NCBI GenBank assembly: GCA_951406725.2
Contig: OX597831.1
Location: 48,546,001 to 48,610,000, forward strand
From: Octopus vulgaris
Lineage: Eukaryota
Reading direction: 5' to 3'
DNA length: 64,000 bases
The first letter of the stretch is position 1, and every line of letters starts with the position of its first letter. Both the position numbers and the translations under genes were made by a program. A model generated the notes under the pieces. It was not told where the DNA came from, ran no database searches, and was given only the letters and a program-made list of their open reading frames with translations. Below are positions 12,331 to 25,660 of this stretch, one piece after another.

Positions 12331-12347
12331 TAATAATAATAATGATG

Positions 12348-12410
<63 letters not shown>

Positions 12411-12544
12411 TAAAATTTTTGCCACAAGGGCAGCTTGGGAGTGGAATTAAATCGATTACATTGACCCCACTACGTAACTGGTACTTATTTAATCAACCCC
12501 AGTGGAATTTGAACTCAGAATGTAAATAATAATAATAATAATCC

Positions 12545-12731
12545 CTTTCAGTGTTAACGTGGGAGAACTTCAGAAAATAGTGTTGCTAGGTTCTGCACAC
12601 ATTTTACGCCATGTACTCTCTATGAGATGAGGACCTGCTGTGACCCTAAGGTCAAGGGATGACCCCGGTTCAGCAGAAGACAACAGACCATATTTTATTT
12701 TTAAAATGATAAAAATAATAATAATAATAAT
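12545..12731 (+). mobile_element. R4/Dong-clade LINE 3' end in (AAT)n
   Basis: Translates NVGELQKIVLLGSAHILRHVLSMR*, the LQKxxLLGxAxILRxVL C-terminal motif; short 3' UTR, then (AAT)n. Confidence 0.75.
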
Positions 12732-12839
12732 AATTAATAGTTATCACCATACTTATATGGCAGTCTTATAAATATAAGACTAAAGCTTTAGTCTTATATT
12801 TATAAGACTGCCATATAAGTATGGTGATAACTATTAATT
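12732..12839. repeat. Perfect 108-bp palindrome
   Basis: 54-bp arms with no spacer, centred on AAGCTT (12785/12786). Confidence 0.95.
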
Positions 12840-12894
12840 TCCAGTAACGCTGCCATAATCTCCTTTAGAGAGACTTAGTAATTTTAATATTTCT

Positions 12895-12934
<40 letters not shown>

Positions 12935-13069
12935 GGGCATGGATGAGGGGGATATCACAAGGACAGACAACAATCTGTGTGTGTTTGTGGGGGTGAAATA
13001 GAATGAAGAGAAAGAATGAGGAAATGCAGTAATAGGAAGCACAGTATACAAAGTATGTGATAACATAAA

Positions 13070-13436
13070 TGCCAGTGGTACGTAAAAAGCACCATCCGAA
13101 CGTGGCTGATGCCAGCACCGCCTTGACTGGCTTCCATGCCGGTGGTACATAAAAAGCACCATCCAAATGTGGCCGATGCCAGCACCGCCTTGACTGGCTT
13201 CCGTGCCGGTGGCACATAAAAAGCACCAACTGATCGTGGCCGCTGCCAGACTCCCCTGGCACATGTGCCAGTGGCATGTAAAAAGCACCCACTACACTCA
13301 CGGAGTGGTTGGTGTTAGGAAGGGCATCCAGCTGTAGAAACACTGCCAGATCAGACTGGAGCCTGGTGCAGCCTCCTGGCTTCCCAGACCCCGGTCGAAC
13401 CGTCCAGCCCGTGCTAGCACGGAAAACGGACGTTAA

Positions 13437-13468
<32 letters not shown>
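13070..13468 (+). mobile_element. Interspersed family D, well preserved
   Basis: Tandem ~68-bp subunits containing GGTGGCACATAAAAAGCACC, then AGGAAGGGCATCCAGCTGTAGAAAC and a CGGACGTTAAA(TGA)n tail; other copies at 15950-16180, 38330-39060, 39860-40035, 44590-44830, 56515-56940, 60760-60980. Confidence 0.8.
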
Positions 13469-13469
<1 letters not shown>

Positions 13470-13711
13470 CAGTTCTGATATAGGAGAAAGACCAACTAGA
13501 GCCAATCAAGGAACCCCACAGATTCAGGACTGCTTTGGTCACCTAAGACATGAGCCCTGTCCCCAGTTGTTGCTCTTCATTTCATAGGTGCTTACTTAGA
13601 GTAGGGTCGGTTTGCTTTAAGCATTTTTGCCATGGTCACCTATCTTTGTGTTCACAAATTCGCTGGGAAGTAGCATTTCGCTCTCCACCCTCACTGAACT
13701 CACGAACTCAG

Positions 13712-13940
13712 TCTTCATCACTACCACTTTCATTATTATCATCCTCATCATCATCATCACTGTCATCATTATCATCATCACCACCATCATCGTTGTCGTC
13801 ATCGTCATCATCATCATCATCATCGTCATCGTCGTCGTCATCATCATTATTGTCATCGTCATAATCGTCATCGTCATTATCGTCATCGTCATCACCGTTG
13901 TCCTCATCATCATGAAGATTGTCATCTTCGACATCATCGG

Positions 13941-13973
<33 letters not shown>

Positions 13974-14137
13974 TTTCATCGTCGTCGTCATCGTCATCAT
14001 CATTACCGTCATCATCATTATCGTCATCGTCATCATCGCCGTTGTCCTCATCATCATCATGAAGATTGTCGTCTTCGACATCATCGGCATCACCATCATC
14101 ATCATCATCATCATCTTCATCAAAATCATCATCATCG
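13712..14137. repeat. Degenerate (ATC/GTC)n microsatellite with internal duplication
   Basis: CCGTTGTCCTCATCATCATGAAGATTGTC...CGACATCATCGGCATC occurs twice. Confidence 0.85.
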
Positions 14138-14519
14138 TAGATCCTGTTGTCTGTGTGATACTAAATAACATGTTCCAAATTGAAGCTATAAACCAGACTG
14201 ATGACTTTCAACTGTGACGTTTCCATTCAAAACTGTTTTATTTCGCCACTACTACACTCACTCTCTTTATCTCTTCCTTCCTTTCTCTCTCTCTTTTCCT
14301 CTCTCTTCATATATATATATATATATATATATTTTCCTTTTTTCCTTTGTTTCCTGATCTCTACCTCCCTTTCTCTTACCCTTTCTTTCTCCCAATCTCT
14401 ACTTTCACTTTCACCTTCCACTCTCTCTCTTTCTCTCAGACTCTCTTCACCACACTTTGTCTGGTTATTTCTTTCTTTCTCTCCAACTTTCTCTCTTTCA
14501 AAAACTATCTCACTATCTT

Positions 14520-14566
<47 letters not shown>

Positions 14567-15346
14567 CACTTTCCAGCTCTTTTTCCTACACATACACACG
14601 CTTTCTCTCTCCCTCTCCCACACACTATCATTGTCTCCACCATTCTCTCTCGTTCTCTCTCTCTCTGTCTCTCACTATACAATCTGTTTTTCTCTTCCAC
14701 TCATTTACATATCTCTCTCCCACTTTCCCTTTCAATTCATTCTACATGACTTGTCTTGTTTATCTTCCACCTTCACCTCCATCTTTCTATTTCTCTCTCT
14801 TTCCCTCTCCCTCTCTCCTTCTTTCCCTCTCTCTCATTTTTACTTCTCCCCACTCCCCAACTCTTATATAATTTTTACACAGACATTGTCCAGATTTACT
14901 TAGCTAAGGAAGTTTCATGATTGCATTAAAATTAAAGCTCTTAATTCTATTCAGAAAGCTAAATTTTATTAAGACGGTTATTTTGCTAATTTTCTGATGC
15001 CATTATCTAGATACAGTCTATTTGTCACTATCAAAATATCCTAAAATAGCTGAAACCAAGTTCTCTGGTACGGAATCAGACTGGCCTTTATGATTTAGAA
15101 ATTCACTGAACAGTATTCTTGAACAAGTGTCTTCAACAAGCTTCAGGCTGTCTAAATTTTGTGAGTGCAATCTGACAGATACCAACTGTGTGCAAAATAA
15201 CCACATTATACACACACACGCACATGCACAGATATTGACATATACATATGGGTGAGATATCTGGCACCTGGACAAAGATCCGAAATATCTGGTGCCTTGT
15301 TGTACTCATGAAGATCCATCCATCACAACAGAACTGATGCTGATTT

Positions 15347-15945
15347 AAGGCAGTGAGCTGGCAGAAACGTTTGCACACCAGGTGAAATGCTTAGCGGTAT
15401 TTTGTCTGCCGCTATGTTCTGAGTCCAAATTCCGTCAAGGTCGACTTTGCCTTTCATCCTTTCGGGGTTGATAAATTAAGAACCAGTTACACACTGGGGT
15501 CGATATAATCGACTTAATCCATTTGTCTGTCCTTGTTTGTCCTCTCTGTGTTTAGCCCCTTGTGGATAGTAAAGAAATAGGTATTTCATCTGCCATTATA
15601 TTCTGAGTTCAAATTCTGTCGAAGTTGACTTTGCCATTCATCCTTTCGGGGTCGATAAATTAAGAACCAGTTATGCACTGGGGTTGATATAATCGACTTA
15701 ATCCCTTTGTCTGTCCTTGTTTGTCTTCTCTGTGTTTAGCTCCTTGTGGTTAGTAATAGGTATTTCGTCTGCCGTTACATTCTGAGTTCAAATTCTGTCG
15801 AGATCGACTTTGCCATTCATCCTTTCGGAGTTGATGAATTAAGAACCAGTTACGCACTAGGGTCGATGTAATCGACTTAATCCTTTTGTCTGTCCTTGTT
15901 TTTCCCCTCTATGTTTAGCCCCTTGTGGGCAATAAAGAAATAAGA
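15347..15945 (+). mobile_element. SINE family B with three tandem ~180-bp body units
   Basis: One head, then the GGTATTTC...AAAGAAATA unit at about 15396, 15580 and 15759. Confidence 0.85.
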
Positions 15946-16702
15946 ACTGATGCTGGTGTTGTGTAAAACGCACTTGTGCTGATGCCATGTTAAAATCTCC
16001 AGTGCTAGTGCCATATACAAAGCAGCCAGTATACTCTGTGGAGTGGTTGGCATTAGGAAGGGCATCCAACAATAGAAACCATTCCAGAACAGACAATGCA
16101 TTCCCTGGCCTTACCAGCTCCAGTCAAACCATCCAACCCATGCCAGTATGGAAAACGGATGCTGAATGATGATTATGATCATCACACACAAACACACACA
16201 CACACACGCACACACACACGGACACTAAATGATGATTATGATCATCACACACAAACACACACACGCACACACAAACGCACACACAGAGAGGCAGTCAAGG
16301 TCACTTGGCTGGAAAGCAAACATCTTATCCCCACAGCCAATTTTTTAAAAACTTATTTTCTTTATATTTTTCAATTTATTTATTTAAATAAGATATAAAT
16401 ATTTGTTAATTTACTGAATAAAATATCAAGTGTTAGAAATTATGCACAAGAAAAAAAATCACTGGCAATCTTAAAATGAAAATCACTCCAGTAGATTTTT
16501 TTTAAATAATCATAAATTACGTCATTAAAATTCAGATTATAGGCTAGAGTTAATTAAAATATTCATAAGTATGAATGTATGTATGTATGTATGTATGTAT
16601 GGATGTATGTATGTACGTATGATTGTCATTATTCAGTTTATTTCAAGATTTCTTGCCAATAGAGAAAGAACTGGTTTCTAACCTAGATCTAAAATATCTC
16701 AA

Positions 16703-19700
16703 ATGGATTCAGTAAATGGCATAAAAAGCTTGGGAATGTCAGGGGAACAGGTCTGGCTCGGCAGGTGTCCCAGTGTATCACAGGCTGGGCCCGGTCATTA
16801 TTCTGCCACTGTGGTCAAACAATCTTCAAGAAAAAGTAAAAATAAACATCCTTTGAATGTTGGCTGTTGGAATGTGCGCACACTTCTTGATGATAATTTC
16901 ATCAAGAGGCCAGAAAGGCGTTCTGCACTTATTGCATGTGAGCTTAGGAAATATTCTCTTGATATAGTTATGCTCTTTGAAACTTGTCTCTCTGGTGAAG
17001 GTCAAGTAAATGAACTTACTTATGGATATACTGTCTTTTGGAGAGGCCTAGTGTTGGGTTTGCTCTCAAGAATACATTAGTATCCTCCATTGCAGAACTC
17101 CCAAGTGGTATATCTGAACAGATCATGTCATGCTGTATTAAACTGATAAAAGGTAGGTTTCTTACCATTGTCAGTATTTATGCACCAACAATGGCCCATT
17201 CTGATGAAACTGTAGGACAGTTTTATGATGATCTAGCACAATTATTGAGGAAAGTACCAATTTCTGACAAGCTGGTCATATTGAGAGATTTCAATGCAAG
17301 AGTTAGAAAGGATTATGTTTCATGGCCTGTTTTAGGTCGATATGGGATTAGAAAATGTGATAAAAATGGAGTTGCTCTTTTGACGTTTTGAACTGAGAAT
17401 AATCTGTTTGTCACCAACACTTTGTTTAAGCAGAAAAATAAATATAAAACCACCTGGATGCACCCAAGATCTAAGCACTGGCATCTCATAGATTATATTC
17501 TGATCAAAAAACATGATATGAAAGATGTTTCTAGCGTTCAGGCCATGAGAGGGGCAGAGAACTGAACTGACCATCATCCAGTGCAGGGAAAAATAGATTT
17601 TTCAATAATGCCTAAAAACCTTAAATTATCAAGTAACTTGCAAAGATTCCACAATGCTACAGAAAGTATCAATCTTGACCCAAACAATCTATGGGAAGAT
17701 TTCAAAACAAAAATATTTCAAGCAGCAAGTTCTTCAGTGGGATTTAAATCGTGTAAGTCCAGTGACTGGTTCTCATATAGATCAGCAGAAATTCATGATC
17801 TACTTTTAGAAAAACAAAACTTAGGCAATACACTTCTTTCTCAGTCCTTGAACCCCAACTCAAAGGAAGCTTACAGAAAGCTGGAAAGGAAAGTGCAGGC
17901 TGCTCTTAGGAAAATTAAACAGGAATGTTGGAATGATAGAGCAAAAGGGGCACAAGAAGCATCTGATAGAAATGATGCCAAGGGTTTGTATTCTTATCAA
18001 GGAGGTATATGTCCCAAAATCTTCTTTGAGAACAGCAAATGGATGTTTGCTTCTGACTGACACCGCTTCTATGCATAAGCATAGGCCATCATCCACTGAC
18101 ATGAGGATGATAGAAAAAAATCAGACACCTTCCAGTTATAGAAGAGATGACATTTGAACCAAATCTAAATGACATTTATTTAGTTGTGAATAAGCTGAAT
18201 AGCAATAAGTCTCAAGGGTCTGATGTAATCTGTGCTGAAGTCTTGAAATATGGGGATGACAAAATGTTTGAACTCTTAAATATATTAATTTGTCACTGTT
18301 GGAGAACTGAGAAAGTGCCTCAAGACTGGATTGATGCCATTTTAGTCTCCTTGTATAAATCGGGGCCAAAGGATCTGTGTGGTAATTTTTGTGGGATTTT
18401 GCTTTTGTCTGTAGTTGGAAAGGTACTTGCCCGCATTTTGTTAGAACATTTAAATACCTTTATAGTTCCAAATATAGTGTCTGAGTCTCAGTGTGGTTTT
18501 TGTTCCTCCAGGGGCACAGCTAATTGTATCTTTACTATCAGACAATTACAAGAAAAGTGCATTGAACAGAATCTTGCTCTATATCATTGCTTTGTTGATT
18601 TAAGCAAAGCATTTGATACTGTTAATTGAAATGCTCTGTGGTTAATTCTAACAAAAATAGGTTACCCAGAAAAATTTGTAAACATGATCAGGGCTTTGCA
18701 TCAAGATATGAAAGCTAGAGTTAACTTTGGTGATAGGCTCTCTGAATCTTTTGCCGTGGAAAATGGAGTAAAGCAGGGAGACCTTGATGCACCCACTCTC
18801 TTTGCAATATACTTTTCTATTGTCTTGTCACATGCTTTTCAAAACTCTGAGGAGGGTATTTACACAGGAAATGTTTTTAATCTGACCAGACTGAAACTCA
18901 AAACGAAGGTTTTTACTTCACTCTTTAGGGAACTTTTATATCCTGATGATTGTGATCTTATAAGTCTCTGCATTTGACTCGGCTTGTGATGATTTTGGCT
19001 TGACCATCAACTTGAAAAAACAGTTATAATGCATCAACCTGCGTGTGGTGCTGTTTGTAACCCACCTGAAATTTTTGTTAAGGAGAAGTTACTTGAGGTT
19101 GTCGATTCGTTCATCTACCTTGGAAGCTCTGTACAAAATGATGGATATCTTGATACAGAAATTTAGCTGTGAATTCAAAGGGCAGCAAAAGCATTTGGTG
19201 ACTTGGAGTCATGCATTTGGTGCCAGTAACTTATAAGAATACAAAACTGGCTCTTTACAAATCATTTGCCTTACCATTCCTGTTGAAACATGGACTTATG
19301 AAAGGTATTTTAAATTGTTAGAACAATTCCACCAAAAATGCCTTCATTGCATTTTAAACATTAAATGGAGTTCTTTTACTCCAAACATAAATGTCCTTGC
19401 ATCTGCAGGCATCACCTCAATTAAAGCTATGATTTTGAGGAACCAAATGAGATGATGTGGCCATATTGTTCAAATGGGGGATGAACGCATGCTGAAACAG
19501 CTGTTTTATGGTGGGCTTGCAGAGTGGAAACACTATCGGCGTAAACCTAAAAAAATGTTTAAGGGTGGCATAAGGACTACTATGAAGTCACTTGGAATGG
19601 ATCCAGAAGACATAGAAACCCTTGCTTCGGATCATGTTGGATGGTGAACAAAGGTGTGGAGTGGAGTGAAAGCATTTGAAGAGGCTAGGATAATACATAT

Positions 19701-20128
19701 AAGACTCAAAAGAGATGGTAGATAATGTGCATGTGATAAGGAAGAATGTTACAATCAAGAAGGTGAATGACAATGACCTTTTTGTGTGCACAATTTGTAA
19801 GAGACCATGCCTGTCTTTTGCTGGGCTCAAATGTCATCTGCAAACCCATGGAAAATGAACCTCCACTAACTATTCTGACTATATGTCTGTGCACACCTTT
19901 GTATGCAGTGTATGCCAGAAGGTTTGCAAATCTAACAGAAGCCTCAAAAGACATTGTAAGATCCACAAAAAGCAGAACTTATCTGCAGCTCTTGGTGGTC
20001 CAAATCGGAGGTGCAATCTATATGGGTGTCTTTTCAGAACATTATCTGGTTTAAAAAACCACATCAGATGCCATGATGGTACTAAGGTGTAGGCACAGGA
20101 GGTGGTCAAACTCTGCATAAGTAGTAAA
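16703..20128 (+). mobile_element. Decayed near-full-length RTE-clade LINE (APE endonuclease, reverse transcriptase, three C-terminal C2H2 fingers)
   Basis: Endonuclease: NVGCWNVRTL, SIYAPT, DFNARV, TWMHPRSKHWHLIDY. RT: ESQCGF, FVDLSKAFDTV, GVKQGD, LLYPDD (YADD). Many stops and frameshifts; (CATA)n tail. Confidence 0.95.
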
Positions 20129-20141
20129 CATACATACATAC

Positions 20142-20172
<31 letters not shown>

Positions 20173-20276
20173 TGTATGTATGTATGTATGTATGTATGTA
20201 TGTATGTATGTATGTATGCATGCATGTATGTATGTATGTATGTATGTATGTATGTATGTATGTATGTATGTACATA

Positions 20277-20343
20277 CATTGTTCTCCCAGTCAGTCTCCT
20301 GTATATCACAGGCCTTTAATGAGTACTTGACACAGTCCTTAAA
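20277..20343 (-). mobile_element. Micro-fragment of a second RTE family
   Basis: FKDCVKYSLKACDIQETDWENN, resembling the RTE post-RT motif; embedded in CATA/TATG tracts. Confidence 0.6.
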
Positions 20344-21760
20344 TACATACATACATATATACATACATACATACATTGTCATTAGCAAAGTTCACTCTCT
20401 GGCAGACATTCTGGCCAGATTTCCTCTTTGCAGATATCTTCGTCCTTCCTTTTTACCAATCCTGGAATGTTATCCTGGTCGATGTTATTCTTGTCAAATG
20501 TTTAGTGGTATTTATTCTAACTTTACATCCTGAGTTCAAATTCCTCCGAGGTCAACTTTTCCCTTCATTCTTTCGGGGTCGATAAAATAAGTACCAGTTA
20601 CGCACTGGGGTTGGTGTAATTGACTTACCCCACCCCAAAAAAATTCAAGTCCTTGTGCCAATAGTAGGAAGAATTATTATTTAGGTCCAGATCAGTCAAC
20701 TCTTTTGCAGACATTCCACTTATGAAGATTTGAGAGTCTTTTGTGTTTGTTTCTATATAATATACGTAGAATTACATTGTATACTGCTATGTCTTTCCTT
20801 TTCAATGTAATTAGCTTTGTCCTGAGATAAATCAGCTGCTATTTCTAGTTGGGTGAACAACCACATAAAGGTTTTTTTTTACGATTAGCTCAATCAGACA
20901 AATATTTACTGTAACAGTGACGTTGATAGTAATGAGGATAATGATGATGATGATCATCATCATCATGATGATGATGATGACAATGATGGGGATGATGATG
21001 ATGATGATGACGACGTTGATGATGATGATGGTGGTGATAATAACAACAATAAGGATGGCAGTGGTGATGATGGTGATGACAATGTCTGAGACAATGATGA
21101 TGATGATGATGACGATGATGGAAAAAACAGCAATGATGATGATGACGATGATGACAACGTTGATGGTAATGATGATGACGATGGTAATAACAACGATATG
21201 GATGGCAATGGTGATGATGATGATGACGATGATGACGTTGACGATGATGATAGTGATGACTATGACGCTGTCACCACCACCACCACCACCACCACCACCA
21301 CCGCTGCTTGCAGTTGTCGATGAGGCAGATAACGGTTAATTATCAACTTGAACACCAAATCTAGCAGAAAGTTCTTGAATTTATACCAGCAATAAAAGCT
21401 ACAGTTATTATGAAATACCATCACCACCACCACTACTACTACTGCCCGAAGCAACAAAAACAAAATGGTTACAGAGTGGTCAGTCATTCAACTAGTTGAA
21501 AACAGCAGTTAATGCAAACTCAAATTATATCTTACAACACAAAAGGACACAGTGGGCAGTGTAGTCTGGGGTAGACAATGCCTAAGAAAATATAGATTGG
21601 CTATAAATGAGGAAGTCTTTAATTCTAAGTCTACTTGATTGGGACTTGTTCGGGGATACACATACCACAAACAATGGCTGCTGCTAATGCCATCATCATC
21701 ATCGTCGTTGTCGTCATCATCATCATCGTCATTGTTGGCATTGTCTTCAGCATCATCATT

Positions 21761-21798
<38 letters not shown>

Positions 21799-21977
21799 TG
21801 TCCTTATCACTGCCCACCTTCTCTTTCTTCCACACTTCCCCCTCCTCAGTGCTCCCCTCCTTCTTCTCTCCTTTCTTCCCCTCCCCTTCATCTTCCCCCC
21901 TCTTCCAATTCCTCCTCCATTTCAACTTAATACATCATCATCATCACCATCATCATCACAATCATCATCATCATCAC

Positions 21978-22021
<44 letters not shown>

Positions 22022-22171
22022 CTACTAACATCATCATCGTTTCTTGTATCATCATCTGAATATACATAATATTGGTTCTTCTTGGAGAGCCAGTCACCTC
22101 CTTTCCTCCTCACCACCATTCAACATGCACATTATCTACTCTACCACTTATTGACTTAGCTTGCTGCTGCT

Positions 22172-22209
<38 letters not shown>

Positions 22210-22342
22210 ACATGATGTTTGACATCTAGGAATGTGTCTTTGGAGTATTCATGATGTAAACATGCTAGCACCAGTTGTCAAGTTGTGGTGAGGGACAAAC
22301 ACAGATACAAAGACACACACACATATACATACATACATACAC

Positions 22343-22436
<94 letters not shown>

Positions 22437-22550
22437 CAGACAGACAGGATGCTCTGGAAGCCAAGAATATATATATATATATAAGCCATGACAGACAAAC
22501 ATGATGCTCTTGAAGCTAAGAATTTGAATTTACTAAGTCAATATTTATAT

Positions 22551-22656
22551 ATCACCTGAGGAAACACAACTAGATTTCGTAATGCAAGGAAACGGTTGCA
22601 TAACCAAATACCTGCAAGTTTGGAGAACTATGTTGCATAGAAACAATTGTAGTGAT
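22551..22656 (+). ncRNA. Type I hammerhead ribozyme motif with a ~75-nt stem II region
   Basis: Stem I ATCAC/GTGAT perfect; CTGAGGA; GAAAC-AATT-GTA with palindromic stem III ACAATTGT. Confidence 0.65.
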
Positions 22657-22965
22657 TGCAAATAAATATCCAGCTTTCTTGTTGACTCCAACTTTTTTCA
22701 GTTATCTATTCACACACTACAGATAACCAAGCACAAATCTAGAAGTACATATGATACTACTACTGGATAGCACAGGGTGAAATCTGAACGTAGACAAGCT
22801 TTATACTGTACTCTACTATGTTCTTAACAGAATATAACATAACTATGAGGAGAGAAAACTCTGAATGACCTGTCCTTGTTATTTTTTGTCCTCTTTTTGT
22901 ATCATCTGATTGTCTGAATGTTTTGCATTCTTGTCCCAATTTTTGTTTTCCTTTATATATATATA

Positions 22966-23475
22966 CTAGTAGTATCACCCGGCATTGCTCGGGTTTGTAA
23001 GGGAAATAACTATATAAGCATTTTTAGAGAGTTACTTCCCTTATAGATGCCAATTCGGGCTTTCTTAGCCATTTCTGTTTTGGTATCTTCAAGCCATGAA
23101 GTCGTTGTTCTAAAAGAACGCTGGTCTCCTTGACAACGCTTTACGACGTTGATTTTCTTACACTCCCTTCCCCACAGCTTCACGCGGGAGGGAAGAAGGG
23201 GGAGAACACAGGTGCAGGTGTGACCATGGACGCCAACTCCGCCGCCATCGACACACGAAAAATTATGCATTAAAATGGAATAAAAAATGATGTTAAATTA
23301 TTTTTTAAATCGTAGACTCATCGTAGACGCGCACTAATACCCAGACGGGCTCGATATTAATCACAACTATAAGATACCCGAATTTGGTTAAACTGCACCG
23401 CAAAATGTGGGAGTAGTTAGGAATGTAAATCGAAGGGGACAGACACTCACACAACTACAGTTTTATATATATAGA
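22966..23475 (-). mobile_element. Non-autonomous Helitron (young, CpG retained)
   Basis: Minus strand A|TCTATATATATAAAACTGTAG ... hairpin CCCGAGCAATGCCGGG, GATACTA-CTAG|T. Confidence 0.85.
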
Positions 23476-23491
23476 TATATATATATATACA

Positions 23492-23730
23492 CATCTAATG
23501 TAGGATAAAATTTTTCGAAAAAATTCTATCAATGGCCAGCATATTAAAAGATACCTTTAAAGGTTAAATTTATAAACAATTTATAAGTAAGGGCAAAAGA
23601 AAAAATTTTCTAATGCCAAAATATGCCGAAAATAGACATAACATCAATAACCATGTAATTTATCACTACAAGCACGCGTTTCGAAGAAAGCCGACGACAG
23701 AAATTTCTAAAATAAATTACTTATAAATTA
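23492..23730 (-). mobile_element. (TA)n-associated repeat end, probably Penelope-like
   Basis: Homologous to 29310-29520 (TATCAATGGCCAGCATATTAAAA...); the minus strand contains GAAACGCGT, a hammerhead-like 3' half. Confidence 0.5.
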
Positions 23731-24164
23731 TATATATATATAAAGGCTTTGGTCGGCCTAAGGCTTTATAAGAAAGCACTTGCCCAAGGTACCACACAGT
23801 GAACTGAACTTGGAACCATGTGGTTAGGAAGCAAGCTTCCTACCACACATTTTTCCTTGTAAAAAAAGAGAATCTTTGTCTAAAAGAAGATTCTATCTAA
23901 AAGGCTTGATTTTCCACTCCCTGTAGCCATTTTATTGTACATCTGAACATTTTGTTTTCGGCATTTTCTTAAATGTCATTTTCCTTAATTAAAGTGCTGC
24001 AATTATGATCCAAGGTTGAATTTGTAGTTTTGTAGCCCTAGGTCAGCCATAAGTGAGTGTACTTACAATCAAAAGACTTTCAACTATGGCCACCCCATAA
24101 GGTATGTATCTAGAACTACAGTATGCAGTGTGTGATATCCTTAAGGTGGTACGGTATAACTGGT

Positions 24165-24510
24165 GGAGGGGCGATGGGGGAGGGGTAGCAGAAAAGGCAG
24201 AGGAGAAGGAGGAGGAGGAGTGGAAGCAGAATGGGTGTAGGAGGGGAGGGGAGGAAGGTATGGGGAAGAAGAAGAGGAAGGTATGGGGAAGAGGAGGAGG
24301 TGGGTGTGGGATGAAGAGGAGGTAGGTATGGGGAAGAGGAGGTGGAAGGTATGGAGAAGAGGAGGAGGAGGAAGTTACGGAGAAGAGGAGGAGGAAGGTA
24401 TGGGGAAGAGGAGGGGGAAGAGGAGTAGGAGGAGTAGGAGGAGGAAGAGAAAGAATAATAATAATAATAAGAAGAAGAAGAAGAAGAAGAAGAAAAAGAA
24501 GAGAGGAAGT
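24165..24510. repeat. Purine-rich (GAG/GAA)n low-complexity tract with repeated GGAAGGTATGGGGAAGA
   Basis: Direct inspection. Confidence 0.85.
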
Positions 24511-24816
24511 GGTAGCGGTCTTAATGGTAGTGGTTGCTGTTGTTGTTTAGCCGCAGGAATTGCAATTGAGTAGGCTGTGATTTGTTAAGTGACCGGATAA
24601 ATGGGTCTCTGGTGGGGGAATGTTCTAGGTTCTTTTTCTTCCATGATTCTCTCACATGTTAACAACAGAACCCTTGCAAGATTATGCCATACGTTAGGGA
24701 CCAGTAAGGTCACAGATGACAATGTGAGTATGACGAGATAAATGAGCGTGATGAAGGTCAAAAGTTAATGATTTTGATGACGATGACAACAATGTTGTTG
24801 TTGTTTCCATTGTTGC

Positions 24817-24858
<42 letters not shown>

Positions 24859-25077
24859 CGTTGTTGTTGAGCCTCAAGTCAATACTGATGAAGCAGACCT
24901 TTGACATATGGCATTTTCATTTCCTATCTGTGATGACCCTCCCAGTATTTTGAAGAGGTCAATCCACAACAAGCAAATGCAATGTGTTCTTCAATTTTGT
25001 TAGATGGTGAAGTTGTGATTTGAGTGCTATGGCCTTTATTTCTAATGGATTAACTAGCCATACAGCAGCTGTCTTGG

Positions 25078-25660
<583 letters not shown>

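Noticed and set aside
13070-13295. Regularly spaced repeats resembling a CRISPR array
   Set aside because: The spacers are themselves similar; these are internal subunits of repeat family D in eukaryotic DNA
19883-20092. Host C2H2 zinc-finger gene
   Set aside because: Continuous with the RTE ORF and followed by the LINE 3' UTR and tail; no TGEKP linkers
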